Shown here: positions 25,641 through 39,371 of the stretch, one piece after another
How the letters are laid out: each line of letters opens with the position of its first letter
Position numbering within the stretch: the stretch's first letter is position 1
Position numbers and translations under genes: made by a program
Assembly (NCBI RefSeq): GCF_006345805.1
Contig: NC_043003.1
Location: 48,794,001 to 48,858,000 of the forward strand
Length of the DNA stretch: 64,000 nt
Origin: Octopus sinensis
Lineage: Eukaryota
Direction of reading: 5' to 3'
Notes under the pieces: generated by a model
Told to the model about the DNA's origin: nothing
The model's input: only the letters and a program-made list of their open reading frames with translations
Database searches by the model: none

Positions 25641-27520
25641 AAAGAAGGCTGTGACTAAAGCTGGCTTCAGTGGGGCTCTGATCAATTTAGATCAGTCAAA
25701 AACTTTTGATAGGGTGGACCATCACTATTTCGAAGCTGTTCTTAAAGCGGCCAGTTTCAGCCCCATTTTTAGAGGCTGGATTGCTGCAATGCACAGCGAC
25801 ACCTGCTCGGTGGTCAAAGTAAATGGTCACCTATCGGTTTATTATCGTGCATTCCATCCGTTAGGGCTGCCCGCTGTCACCTCTTCTGTATGTGCTGGCT
25901 CTCAAGCCACTGCTGCAGACGTTGGAACAGTTAAGAGGCGTCCCTTTTGAAATTAGACTCGAGAAGGCAGTGTCTGCATTCACGGACGACGTTGGACGCC
26001 TCCGAAGAGGAGACGGTCGGCTCCGTTGTAAAGGAATATGAGTCGGTTGCAGGGGCTAAAATCAATGCTGACAAGTCGGTGGGATTGCGACTGAGCACCT
26101 GGAGAGGCAGATCGATGCCGTCGGACGCTGGACTGACATACCAGTTAAACTGCTTCAGATGGATAAGAATTAGGAAGAGGTGACGAACAGGGTGACCTCT
26201 CTTACCCAGAAATGGGCAGAGATGAAGTTGTCCTTGAAAGGTCGGGCAGATGTAGCGAATACCTACATCGCCTCTGTCATTATTTATCATCTGACCGTCG
26301 TGCCTTGCTCCAGTTACTGCTTAATTAGATTGGAGCGTATCCTATTTATTTTCTTGTGGAAAGGATGCGTTGCAAGGGTCAGGCGAATGGTCTGCTGCCA
26401 ACTTCCTTTGCGTGGCGGCCTAGGCATACCATGGCTTTTAATGTGCAGATACGCACTCCCGTTGTGCCATCTGCAACGATTTCTAGAAGGTGAACGTGTG
26501 TGGACTCCGTTTGTGAGACACGCCTTTCCGCAGCTCATCTCCTTGTTAGAGCTACAGTCCTGGGTAAAGGATAGGCCGAGACTGGGTGCCTGGCACTCAG
26601 AATGTCGTCAGGCACTCAATCTTCTACAAGTCAGGCAATATGATCAGTAATATTCCACTTTAGGTATTTACAGAGGATTAGCAGCGGGGAAGTGCGACGA
26701 CATCCTCAGGGAGACCATAGGCGTCAATGAAGATGAACTGGCAAATCTATTCTGGAGGACTTTCCGGTCGGGGACTGTTGTAGATAATTTCCAATTGTCC
26801 TTGGCCTGGCAGTGCCACCGGTTCGTGATAAACTCTACAGGCACGAATGTGCTGTTAGACGGGCTTGTCCGAGAACAACGAAGCCGTTCTGCATGCACTT
26901 GTTCAGTGTCTGGGCATTGCTGACTTGTGGAGTTATGTAGAACAGCTGCTGTCACGTATAGGACAGATCCGTCTGTCAGCTGAGTCCATAATGATGATTA
27001 CCCTGCTGCTCTCCTTTAATCAGGCTGGCAAAGCAGTTTTCCTTTGTTTGGTGGCTGTGGCGAAAGAGGCTATCAGGTGGACGAGGCTGAAAGGAATGAG
27101 GATAGAAACAGTCCTCTTCGGTAAAGCCCTCATAGACCTTTTCAAGTTTCGTTTGAAAAGGAAAGTGAGGCTGGAGAGGGAGGTTTTGTCCTCGAAGGAA
27201 TTTATGAAAAGGTGGATGAAAGTTGCACAAATGGCAAGTGTAGACCTGTGAGTCGGAAGAAAGAAGTTAGAGAGGGCTCTCGTTCTTGGTATCCCGGGTG
27301 ATCTTGGATGGTGGGGTTCCTTGATTATCTCTAGCGGTCCCACTGTATCAGGGGGATCCCATCACAATCACATTTCCTTCCTTTTTTCTTGTGTCATATG
27401 CTATGTATACTTCCCTTCTTCTAGTGTATACCGTATATACTTTTTATTCTATCATTCCACTATATGTAAACCCCTACACTTTATGTCTGTCTTTATATTA
27501 TCAAATAAAAGAAATCATCA
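25641..27520 (+). pseudogene. 5'-truncated, frameshifted Tx1/L1-type LINE ORF2 (RT, zinc-knuckle region) plus 3' UTR
   Basis: LINLDQSKTFDRVDH, R*GCPLSPLLY, AFTDDV, GAKINADKS, LSLKGRADVANTY, FLWKG..GGLG, EAVLHALVQC. Stop at 27251, then AATAAA and an (ATC)n tail near 27505-27522. Confidence 0.9.
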
Positions 27521-27534
27521 TCATTATTATTTTT

Positions 27535-27897
27535 TTTTAATAAAACATGGTCCGTTGTCTTCTGCCGAACCAGGGTCATCCCTTGACCCTAGGGTTACAG
27601 CAGGTCCTCATCTCAAGGAGAGTACACGGCGTAAAATGTGTGCGGAACCTAGCAACACTATTTTCTGAAGTTCTCCCACGTTAACACTGCAAGGGAGTTT
27701 GTTGGAGGCCCTTTTTAATTAGCCCTAACGCTCCAATCACCACTGGTGCTGTGCTGCTTTTCATTCCCCACATCTTGGTCACTTCTGTTTCTAGGTCTTT
27801 GTACTTAAATACCTTCTCAACTTCTTTAATAGACACATTTCTCTCTGATGGTACTGTCACATCTATCATTAAGCAGTTCTTATTCTTCCCATCTTTG
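27535..27897 (-). pseudogene. R4/Dong-like non-LTR 3' end (restriction-like endonuclease)
   Basis: CLMIDVTVP..KEVEKVFKYKDL..MW..PVVIGALG, then after a frameshift ELQKIVLLGSAHILRRVL*. Abuts (AAT)n. Confidence 0.85.
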
Positions 27898-27909
27898 TTG
27901 TTGTTGTTA

Positions 27910-27981
<72 letters not shown>

Positions 27982-27982
<1 letters not shown>

Positions 27983-28135
27983 GGTGGCAAGCTGGCAGAA
28001 TCGTTAGCATGCCGGGCAAAATGCTTAGTGGAATTTCATTTGTCCTTTTGTTCTGAGTTCAAATTGTGTCAAGGTCGACTTTGACTTTCATTCTTTCGGG
28101 ATCAATAAAATAAATACCAGTTGAACACTGGGGAC
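27982..28135 (+). mobile_element. SINE family B
   Basis: Family B motifs. Confidence 0.85.
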
Positions 28136-28399
28136 TATTTTGCTTCATGGACCCCTACTCAAAATCTTATTGGGGATCCTCTCTAAAGGATACATTATAA
28201 TGCCCCCGCTTCCGGTCATTCAAAATGTGACCGCGTGTGTACCGTTGGCGATTTTTTCCCTCCATCTTCCCTTCCTTGGATCTTGCTTTTTCACTGCCGA
28301 CAGAAAACTGCGCTTGCGCGGTGGATTTGAAAAATTATAATGTATAAGTACGAGGCACATGCTGGATTGCCTTGTATTTATATGTTTAATCTAGGCGTA

Positions 28400-28469
28400 C
28401 CTGTTGATGAAGACTTCGCCTAGCAAATTATTTTATTTGCTAAAAAAAAGCCAGAAACCATGGTCCAAG
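28400..28469 (+). ncRNA. Decayed minimal hammerhead ribozyme
   Basis: TTGATGA...GAAA-CCATGG-TC. Palindromic helix III ACCATGGT; core C3 is mutated. Confidence 0.5.
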
Positions 28470-28751
28470 AGATAGATGGTAAATGCTTTTATTTTTCATT
28501 CCCTTGGAAGTTTTTATCCCTAATAGTGGTTTGGACTTTAGCTCTTCCTTCTAGCGTGCCAGGATTCCTATGACGGATACCTATTATGTGTTTAAATGTA
28601 CACTGTAATTATATATATATATATATTGTCAATTTAAATAGGCAAACCATTCAAAATAAAAATAGTTAAAATAAAGAAAACGAAAAAAAAAGAACGAGCG
28701 TAAGGTCGTGTACAAGAAATATATCAATTTCACGCTCAGTGAAAGGAGAGA

Positions 28752-28786
28752 GTTTGACGTTTCGAGCATAGCTCTTCGTCGGAAAG
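28752..28786 (-). ncRNA. Minimal HHR variant in a Penelope-like fragment (28629-28840)
   Basis: Minus TTT-CCGACGA-A-GAGC-TAT-GCTC-GAAA-CG-TC-AAA; one core change (U4 to C). Confidence 0.65.
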
Positions 28787-29002
28787 GAGAAAGGGAAAAG
28801 TCCAAAGATGGAGAAGAAATCGACAACGGCACACTTGTAGTTATATATGTGTGTGTGTGTGTGTGTGTATATACACATATACATACATATATACACACAC
28901 ATACATACATAATATATATATATATATATGCATATGTATGTATGTATGTATGTATGTGTATGTATGTATGTATGCATGCATGCATGAATGCATGTATGCA
29001 TC

Positions 29003-29167
29003 GTAACTCTCGCGGTTCAGCAAAAAAGAGACCGATAAAATAAGTACCAGGCTTTTAAAAATAAGTACTGGTATCGATTTGTTCGATTAAACCCTACAAG
29101 ATGGTGTTCCAGCATGGCTGCGGTCTAATGACTGAAACAAATAAAAGAATAAAATAAGAATAAAAGA

Positions 29168-29168
<1 letters not shown>
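29003..29168 (+). mobile_element. SINE family A-related 3' part
   Basis: Family A 3' motifs. Confidence 0.7.
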
Positions 29169-29198
<30 letters not shown>

Positions 29199-29609
29199 TG
29201 TGTAATGTTGAGCAAGTGTCTGTGTGTATTATGTCTATCGGTAACATTTCTGTACATATTTAGTTACATGGGATATCTTTCTTAGAAAATATTTGAAGAG
29301 CATTATCAGTAAATGAGAATTACCAATGACTCATAACGTAAGAAATTTTTACGAAGTCCGGAACTAATTCAAATAGAAACTTTCGTTTTATATGAACTAA
29401 AAAAGAAAGAAACTTGAATACGTAAACTGAAATATATACCTTGATATGTATACCTTTTTCCTATTTTTTCTATACGGATTGATACATTTCAATAACATAT
29501 TTTTCTATAAACAACGTGTAGTGTGCGGGTTAGTGCATTAGATGTGAAGCCACCTTTGGCTTTGTATGATTGTGAAATTGGATAATAAGAAAGGCATAGT
29601 GTCCAAAGT

Positions 29610-29910
29610 GGAGGCACATGGTCTAGTGGTTAGAACAGCGAACTCACGGTTGAGTGATCGGGGGTTCGAACCTCAGACCGGGCGATATGTGTGTTTATGA
29701 GCGAAACACCTAAGTTCTCTGCAGCTCCGGCAGAAGGCAATAGCGAACTTCTGCTGACTTTTTCGCCACAACTTTCTCTCACTCTTTCCTCCTGCATCTT
29801 GCAGCTCACCTGCGACGGACCGGCGTCCCATCCAGGTGGGGAACCTATATGCCAAGGAAACCGGGAAACCGGCCCTTAGAGCCAGGCGTGGCTCGTGAAG
29901 GAACAACAAC
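29610..29910 (+). mobile_element. SINE family D, full length
   Basis: A box TGGTCTAGTGG, B box GGTTCGAACC, motif CCTGCGACGGACCGGCGTCCCATCCAGG, (AAC)n tail. Confidence 0.85.
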
Positions 29911-31401
29911 AATAGTTTCCAAAAGCTATAGTAATTAGCATTATAATTTTCATCGTCATCGTCATAGTCGTCGACATCTGGTCGAGCTTGCTCGGACAAA
30001 TGTCTTTTGATCGTTAATTTCTTGTCTGTGGTCGCAGAACAGTGTTTCTCGATCATTTTTTTTTGTACCTACTTTACTCGGGGGATCCTCCAAGCCATTC
30101 GATTTTCAAAAAAATCACATATTTTTATAATTAAATATTATTGAGAATTGTATATAAAAAAATTGTTAAAATATTTTGTGTATTATAAACATAACTAATT
30201 TATTGCAGATAAATTTTATCAACAAAATCTTATATGGCTCCCAAAAGGCCTTATGAACGCCGGTTGAGAGCCACTGCTATAGATGATTGTAGTAATGCCA
30301 GTCAAACTGACGGGTTTTCCAGACAAAGATTCCTAAAAATATAATTTGTGCTGTGAAGAGGGAAGAAATCTAAAGCCTACCATCCTGCTTTCCAGCGATA
30401 GTAGCATTTCAGTTCTTTTCAGGGCTTTAGTATTTTACTGTAACCCTGACAGGGTGGCTAACGCATGATATACATTGTCAAAGGGCAACTTGTGATTTTG
30501 TCCGGGACTATTTATTGAGTATTTGTATCTAACCTGTATATCTACGAGTCATTCCTCTATTTGCACAGTGGGGGCCCGATCGATGGGAGTATTCATCACC
30601 ACACCATAATAATATGAGTAAAATCATAATCATATGGTTTTATTCAATTGGATAACCGGATATAAGTTACAACACATTTTGCAAGTTATGACAAATAACT
30701 GATATATACGAGCCAACGTGGGAGTAATTCGACTTGGTAGAAATAGCAACCAAATCACTCTTAAACCACAACTTAATTGTCTCTAAAGAAAAGGAAAATA
30801 ATGAAAAAGAAGTACTGTATTGTATATATATTAAGTATATATATTGTAAATATTGTGAGGGATGATCACGGTCTGAAAACCAGTTAATCATAGGCCTGCT
30901 CAATCAGGGTTGAACTGGGGCTGAACAACAGTAAGATTAATAGTATTTGATTAGTAATTATGAAAATCTGCGAAGGCTGACAAAAATCAGACAACATAGT
31001 GTTCTGAATGAGTGCAAGGTCGATTTTTGGAGGTTACAGCAGTCAATTCAAACAACCCAAACTGTATAGTTGTACTTTATTTTATCGATCACTGGGGGGA
31101 AATTCAATGAGAGAAGTCATACTCAGTTCTGAGGAAAGCGAACTAGACAGGTTTGCCTTCCACCCCAAACACACACAAAGACAGAGACACACACAAAGAC
31201 AGAGGCACACACACACATACACACACACACACACACACACAGACACACACACAGACACAGAAGCACACCACAGCCGCAGAGACGTGTTCTTTTCCGCTTC
31301 TTAATGTGTTCACTGACACATAAGTACACACACACGCACACACACAATGACACCACGCACCCGACTATATATATGTGTGTGTATATATACATATACATAC
31401 A

Positions 31402-31435
<34 letters not shown>

Positions 31436-31927
31436 CTACATTTTCACGCCACCCCGAATTTGTATATATGCATATGTATGCATACGTTTGTGTATGTTCT
31501 GTGTACGTGAGAGAGGGTGTATGTGCGTGAGAGAGAGAGAATGTGTGTGTGTGAGTGAGTGAGTGAGTGAGAGAGTGTATGTGCGTGTGTGTGTGTGAGT
31601 GTGTGCGTGCGTGCATGGTGTAACATGAGTTTGAGACTTCGTTTCTTCTTTGTATCCGGTTATGTAATATTTTGTGTACTTTCCCCCTATCTGACTGCCT
31701 CTGTTTCTGTCTAACAACAATCCTATCCTCTTGCTTTCTGTCGTTAAAACCACTGCACATATCTCTCACGTTTTCTACTCGTATATTCTACATAACCGAT
31801 ATAATTTGTTTTTACTTTTTATTTCCGCCTCTTCTTTCTTCACCAAGCAACACAATAATTTTTTTTCGCATCTTACTCATCTAAATCTCTCTTCTCACTT
31901 TCTCCCTATCTCTTTAAAACCATTATG

Positions 31928-32380
<453 letters not shown>

Positions 32381-33014
32381 GTGTGTGTGCTCGTGTGTGA
32401 AGTAGTTTCTCACTGGTGTGGGTGGCAATTAAGTAAGATATATAAAAAATAAAAAGAAAAGAACCCAAAACTGTATTGTAGAGCGAAATAACATCATTTA
32501 TTTAAAGATGAGTTTGTGTAAGTCGCAACTCAAAATTTCTTGCTGTCGGTCCGAGGACATTCTTTCATCCTTCTATATATGCTTATCTGTTCAGGCTTAC
32601 CTATCTAGATTTTCAATATTACCCTTCTCTTGTCGCCTCTTACTATCATCTCATCCGCTGCACTTTACCGCATTCACTTTCAGTTTATCAACCCCGTAGT
32701 ATCTCCTCTCTTTCACCCATCATTCTAATCTAACTGGGTTCTTAATATTTTCTATCATTCACATTTCTCTCTCTCCCTCCCTCCCTCTCTCACTCTCTCC
32801 TTGCTTTCAGTTCATACATATTACACGATACACATGCGCTTGTTATTTCACTCACTCCATTTTGCCGTTGACTCACTTGTAACAAAATCTACCCAATAGT
32901 TTCAGCACCCTTTCCACTTCTACATACCCATTTACGTTCTGGTCTAATTCTTTTTCTTCTGCTTTCTGTCTCCTATCCACTCACTTATACTTCTCTTTCA
33001 ACAAGTCTCTACGC

Positions 33015-33170
33015 CAGTCATGGGCAAACTGCGGCCCGCGGGAACTTTCTGAATGGCTTGCCTCACGAAAAAAGAAAAAAATTTTTAAATGCCTGCATTA
33101 TTTTTAGTAGTGTTGTGGCTCGCCTGATCATAGACCATGTTTTATGCAGCCCAAAGGTTGCCCAAACCTG
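33015..33170. mobile_element. hAT-type MITE
   Basis: CAGTCATGGGCAAACT / AGGTTGCCCAAACCTG; degenerate 8-bp TSD ctctacgc / ctttacat. Confidence 0.75.
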
Positions 33171-33730
33171 CTTTACATGGTCAATCGACATGCTAAGAAA
33201 TAACAGCCAAATCTTCCTCAAATCATGCCCTAACAGTTAAAAACGGACACGTCGCTCTTGGATACGTGCTCTTGGATTCCCTGCTTTAAAAAAAAAGTAA
33301 AGTCACAACTGGAATAACTTCAGTTAGAGTTCCTCTCGACCGAGACTGGCCTAAGGCTGAACAAGTACAATTTCACTTTCATTTTACTCTCTCTCATACC
33401 CGCTCTTTAAACCGACGCAGACCCGGCTTACTCCCTTTCGTAATAGTGAACTATATTTTTACTCAGTTGATTTCATTCATGTACGGTTCAGGTTCAAATC
33501 CTGCTGATGTTGAATCTACTTTCAATTCTTCTCGGGTCAATAAAATAAACACCCCAAACAACGTCTAGAGGAGGAATTACGCAATCGACTTCTTTAAGCT
33601 TACAGCTGAGTGCTTGTGCATCACTCTAAAGCTTCCTCGAAGTTTCTGAAATGAAGTGCAAGTTTATTTGGAAGAGCATTGGTAGAAAGTTACAGTGTGA
33701 ATCAAAGACCGAAAGTTCTGTGCACAGCAC

Positions 33731-34135
33731 AGGCGCAGGCGTGGCTGTGTGGTAAGTAGCTAGCTAACCAACCACATGGTTCCGGGTTCAGTCCCACTGC
33801 GTGGCATCTTGGGCAAGTGTCTTCTGCTATAGCCCCGGGCCGACCAATGCCTTGTGAGTGGATTTGGTAGACGGAAACTGAAAGAAGCCTGTCGTATATA
33901 TATATATGTGTGTGTTTGTGTGTCTGTGTTTGTCCCCCCCCCAACATCGCTTGACAACCGATGCTGGTGTGTTTACGCCCCCGTCACTTAGCGGTTCCGC
34001 AAAAGAGACCGATAGAATAAGTACTGGGCTTACAAAGAATAAGTCCCGGGGTCGATTTGCTCGACTAAAGGCGGTGCTCCAGCATGGCCGCAGTGAAATG
34101 ACTGAAACAAGTAAAAGAGTAAAAGAGTAAAAGAG
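33731..34135 (+). mobile_element. SINE family A, full length with CpGs intact
   Basis: Best-preserved copy in the window. Confidence 0.95.
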
Positions 34136-34625
34136 AGCACCTATCACTTGCTAAGTGACACGCAAGAAAATCTAGGTCCTAGTTCTCTTGTTTATACTGT
34201 GTGCATGTATGTAAGTATGTGTGTGGTGTGTGTGTATGTTATATTTGTAAATATATATATGTAACATACATATTTAAGTATATTAAACAAACGCGCACAT
34301 GAAATGGGCGTATATTCTGGGTATGCTCGGTGAGTGCGGAGCATCCAATTGAAGAAAATAAATTTCCTTTATGATGAATTCTATCCTGACAGTGTAATGA
34401 TATACTTTGGGTATAATTTGTTTTCAACTCAAATACTATGCACTCAAACACATAGTTCAAGTCAGACTGAAGTTGCATTATGTTTAGAAATAGCAAATAA
34501 GTCGTATTTCTATACTTTTAGTCAGGCTAGTCAGTTCAATCCTGAGACAACAATGTAGTACTGAGAGTTTTATGTTTTCCTGCTCTGAGTTTCACAGTAT
34601 CGCTGATCCGCGAGTAAAGTCGGCA

Positions 34626-34683
<58 letters not shown>

Positions 34684-35012
34684 ATATATATATATATATA
34701 TAATATAATATATTATATATATATATATATATATACATACATACATACATACATACATAATACATACATACATACATACATTATATATATATATATATAA
34801 TATATATATTATATATATATATATATATATATCATACATACACATATATAAATATTAGTCGAAGTGCACGGTGTTATATATCCAGTACAGCCGATCTTAC
34901 CAATCAGTTTCGCGCTAGGGGTTCAAAGGAGCGTTAGTAACAGTCCGATTATGTAACCCTCCGCTCTTCAGAGTTGTCCGTTTTGGAATGAAATATGGCA
35001 ACTGCTTCTCTC

Positions 35013-35053
<41 letters not shown>

Positions 35054-35059
35054 TGGCAG

Positions 35060-35740
35060 TATTACCCGTTCTTTATTTCAAACCAAACTAAGTAACATCG
35101 ACGTCAAATTTGGGCGAAATCCGTTGAAATTGGTAAACTTTTGGCTGAAAATAAGTTGCAGGCAACTTTATTGGGTAATCCTATAAGGAATTGGTTTATC
35201 GATTTTTTCCACTCATCGATTTTTTTTTATCGTTTTTGGAGAACTTAAAGCATTCAAAGATCCCATGAGTCTTAAGTTATGCTGGCATCAAGTTTGAACA
35301 AAATACATCAAAATTGGTAAAAGTTATGGTTGAAAATGGGGTGTAGCCAATTTTATTGGGAAATCCTATAAGGAATCGGTTTATCGATTTTTTTTATCCT
35401 GATTAAATGGAAAACCCAATAAGGAATCAGTTTATTGATTTTCACCCCAAATAGGACTTAACCGAACACAACATTGCTGATTCAAAACATCTATATTTAT
35501 AAAATTTGTTTTCAGACCCAACCCAGTTCTGCAGTATCAGTGTCTCGACGGGAGCGCATGGGTTGGGAGTTTGATCGGTAGAGGGGATCAGGTTGCACAT
35601 GCCAGCCCTTTGAAAACACCACCCCATCATCTAACCCACCCCCTTTGCCCATGGGTTGGGAACCCTTCCAGCAAGGAAAATAGAATGCCCCAAAGGGCTC
35701 CCGATTCTCTGTGTCAGAAGCGGTTATGTTCAGATCACAG
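35060..35740. mobile_element. Non-autonomous element with internal repeats, possibly Helentron-like
   Basis: aattggtaaa..tgaaaat..ttattggg.aatcctataaggaat.ggtttatcgattttttt occurs 2-3 times. Confidence 0.4.
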
Positions 35741-35787
35741 CTAAGTCTTAAGTATACATATGGGCAACACATACACACAAACACACG

Positions 35788-35853
<66 letters not shown>

Positions 35854-36257
35854 CGTACGTACGTACGTACACCTATTGCATACAAGTTTTTTGTACTCAT
35901 ACATGTTCGTGTGTGTGTGTTGCTCGTATATCAACAAAACACTTTTTTCCTCGATGGAAAAGATAACAACAAAAGTCTTAACAAAAACTTACTCGACGCT
36001 AGAAGGGGACTTAACTCCTGTTTGCAAACAATGGTGATTTCTCCGACTTGAAAATTGTTAAAAGTTTTGGTTCAAAATTTATTTTACTACTATTAGCTAG
36101 TGCCTCTCGGAAAAGTAAGTTGACGAAAATACAGCTACGATTATGACGAATGTCCTCCTAAATTTGAATGACATGCGTGCTAATTTGTGGACATGCATAA
36201 ATTACATTCACGTACACACACACATCCTGCCTTTTATATATACAGATATGTATGTAT

Positions 36258-36291
<34 letters not shown>

Positions 36292-36296
36292 TGTAT

Positions 36297-36358
<62 letters not shown>

Positions 36359-37093
36359 GTATTAATAAAATACAGCAAACATTTGGAGTTTTAAGCTTTA
36401 TAGAACACGCATTTCGTTAAATCAATTGACAGGATTGCACATTGGCGAAATTATAAAATCTCATCGTACCTAATCGGTGTTTTGGCAAGAAATACAAAAT
36501 AGAGTGTTAAGTTTGCTTAAAATATATCCCAGTTACGCAAATTACCTACAATACCAATGGAGTGGGGAAATACAGAACGACGAGTTGTAGAATGGATTAA
36601 AGAAATAGAAAGATCGATAGTGAAGGCCATGTCCTTTCATACATAAAAAATAGGCAGATGCAAATATACATTTGTACACACTCGCAACCGCTCACATGTA
36701 CATTCGATGCAGAGCAGGAAAGAAACAGAGATAAACCCAAAGCCCTGCAAACTCAATAGTGAGGGCTTAAGCAGCAGTAACAACAGCAACAATACTAGCC
36801 ACAGTGGAAATAAAAAATAATAAGTATATCGACTTCTGTATGCCTGTCGCTAAGGGGTCGCTAAAGGGTCCCACTGGACGGCACTTCCTCCTCACAAGTC
36901 AATTGTGCACCGTCAGATTTACCATGATGCTCTTATTATGAAACTCCACCATAGCATTATCACAAATCAGTACCCACCCAAAATATTCTGTAGCACCCCC
37001 AGGCACCAAAGTCTGGTAACGGGCCTTAACTAGTGTGCGAACAGCCGGTCATAAATCAGAAAGGGTGAAAGAGCCAATGCATTGACAAGTTTT

Positions 37094-37131
<38 letters not shown>

Positions 37132-37134
<3 letters not shown>

Positions 37135-37248
37135 CGTGATCACCGTGACCGACCAGGCTATCAGATGTTGTTACACATCGCTGGTCACAATGCGCTTCGC
37201 ATTGTTTTAGCCTTCAAATGACGCCACCCCGCTTGGCTAAGCGAGCAG

Positions 37249-37252
<4 letters not shown>
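37132..37252 (-). mobile_element. Short structured element inserted in (TA)n, copy 2
   Basis: Matches 14844-14954. Confidence 0.75.
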
Positions 37253-37296
<44 letters not shown>

Positions 37297-37297
<1 letters not shown>

Positions 37298-37623
37298 TCT
37301 TTTACTTGTTTCAGTCATTTGACTGCGGCCATGCTGGAGCACCGCCTTTAGTCGAGCAAATCGACCCCAGGACTTACTCTTTGTAAGCCTAGTACTTATT
37401 CTATCAGTCTCTTTTGCCGAACCGCTAAGTTACGTGGACGTAAACACACCACCATCGGTTTTCAAGCGATGTTGGGGGGACAAATACAGACACACAAATA
37501 CACACACACACACAGAAATATATATACATATATACGACGGGCTTCTTTCAGTTTCCGTCTACCAAATCCACTCACTAGGCTTTGGTCGGCCCGGGGCTAT
37601 AGTAGAGGATACTTGCCCAAGGT
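37297..37623 (-). mobile_element. SINE family A lacking its head
   Basis: Family A motifs with CpGs intact. Confidence 0.9.
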
Positions 37624-37939
37624 ATGACAACTTTTACGTCTTTCATTCATTGGACAGCGGCTATGCTGGGGTGGGATGTCACAGTGAAGGGTTTTGTAGA
37701 ACAAGTCGACCGCAGCATATATTTTTATAGTCTGGTACTTATTCTATCGTCTGTTGTCGAAGCGCTAAGTTGCAGGGACGCAAACAAACGAAAGCGTGTT
37801 GTCAAGCGACAGTGCACACAAACACACACACACGTGCACTTTAACACGCATGTATACACACACACACTTGCGCGCGCGTTCAAACGCATACATAATCGAC
37901 GGGCTCGATATAGTTTCCGTCAACTAAATTCACTCAATG

Positions 37940-38720
37940 GGTAAATTTTTTGAGTAACACCCGCGAGACTTTCACAAAAAAAAAACTGGGGTTTTTTGCG
38001 TAGAATCAAGTACCCTCACCTCCTAATATGCTGCAAATCCCTTATTTTGGTTCAGAAAATGGGGAGCGGGCGACGCCGCCCCCGTCCCGGAATCATTGGA
38101 AATTTTTTTCCCTTTTTTCGTTAAATGAATTCCTGTGACCTCCTAATATGCTGCAAAACCCTTTGGGGATCCGAAAAACGGGGTGGGGTGAGGTGGAAGC
38201 CTCGGAAATTTCCCCACCCCACCCCATTGACCTTTTCACCAGCACGTTTTTCACTAAGAATTAAAAAACTCGGATATTTTGCATGGAATCAAGTACTCTG
38301 GGGTCCCTCCCCCTCGCTCCTCCTTTTTTCCGAACCAAAATAAGGGATTTGCAGCATATTATGAGGTTAGGGTACTTGATTCCACGCAAAAAACCCGAAT
38401 TTTTTTGCCTTAGTGAGAACGTGCTAGTGGAAAGATCAATGGGGTGGGGGTGAAATTTCCGACACTTTCACCTCACTCCACCCCGTTTTTGGCCCCCCCC
38501 CAAAGGATTTTGCAGCATATTAGGAGGTCACGGGAATTCCTTAAAAAAAAAAAAAAATTCCAATGACTCCGGGACGGAGGGGTCCCCCCTCGCCACCCAC
38601 CTTTCCGAACCAAAATAAGGGACTTGCAGCATATTAGGAGGTCAGGGTACTTGATTCCACAAAAAAAATCCCCCCTTTTTTTTATACTTAGTGAAAATCG
38701 TGCGGGTAACCAAATTTACC
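37940..38720. mobile_element. Foldback element with long modular inverted repeats, inserted in an old SINE A
   Basis: Ends GGTAAATTT..ACCCGC / GCGGGT..AAATTTACC. Arms at about 37940-38298 and 38370-38720. The host SINE breaks at ...cactca and resumes at agg..ttggtcagcccgggg. Confidence 0.85.
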
Positions 38721-38891
38721 AGGAATTGGTCAGCCCGGGGCTATAGTAAAAGACACCCAAGCAGCTGTGCAGCGGGACTGAACCTAATACCCTGTGGTTG
38801 CAAAGCGAGCATCTTACCAACATAGTCAATGTAAATATATGCGTGTGTGTCGGTGCATATATAGTCTTCTGTCTGTCTGTCTGTCTCTCTA

Positions 38892-38924
<33 letters not shown>

Positions 38925-38941
38925 ATAATATATATATATAT

Positions 38942-39030
<89 letters not shown>

Positions 39031-39034
<4 letters not shown>

Positions 39035-39358
39035 GCAGGAGTGGCTGTGTTGTAAGAAGCTTGCTTCCCACTCACATGGTTCCGGGTTCAGTCCCACCTT
39101 GGGCAAGTGTCTTCTACTATAGCTTCGGGCCGACCAAATCCTTGTGAGTGGATTTGGTAGATGGAAACAGAAAGAAGCCTGTCGTATATATATGTGTGTG
39201 TGTGTGTGTGTGTTTGCCCCCACCCCACCATCATCGCTTGGCAACCGTGTTTACGTCCCCGTAACTTAGCGGTTCGGCAAAAAAAAAACGATTGAATAGG
39301 TACTAGGCGGTGCTCCAGCATGACCGCAGTCAAATGACTGAAACAAGTAAAAGAAAAA
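39031..39358 (+). mobile_element. SINE family A with deletions
   Basis: Family A motifs. Confidence 0.85.
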
Positions 39359-39371
39359 GTATATATATATA

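Noticed and set aside
29610-29685. tRNA genes (also 328, 9098, 50919, 57227)
   Set aside because: Cloverleaves are incomplete and the sequences run on into SINE bodies.
29673-30056. 127-aa minus ORF
   Set aside because: It runs through a GAC/GAT repeat into an antisense SINE D.
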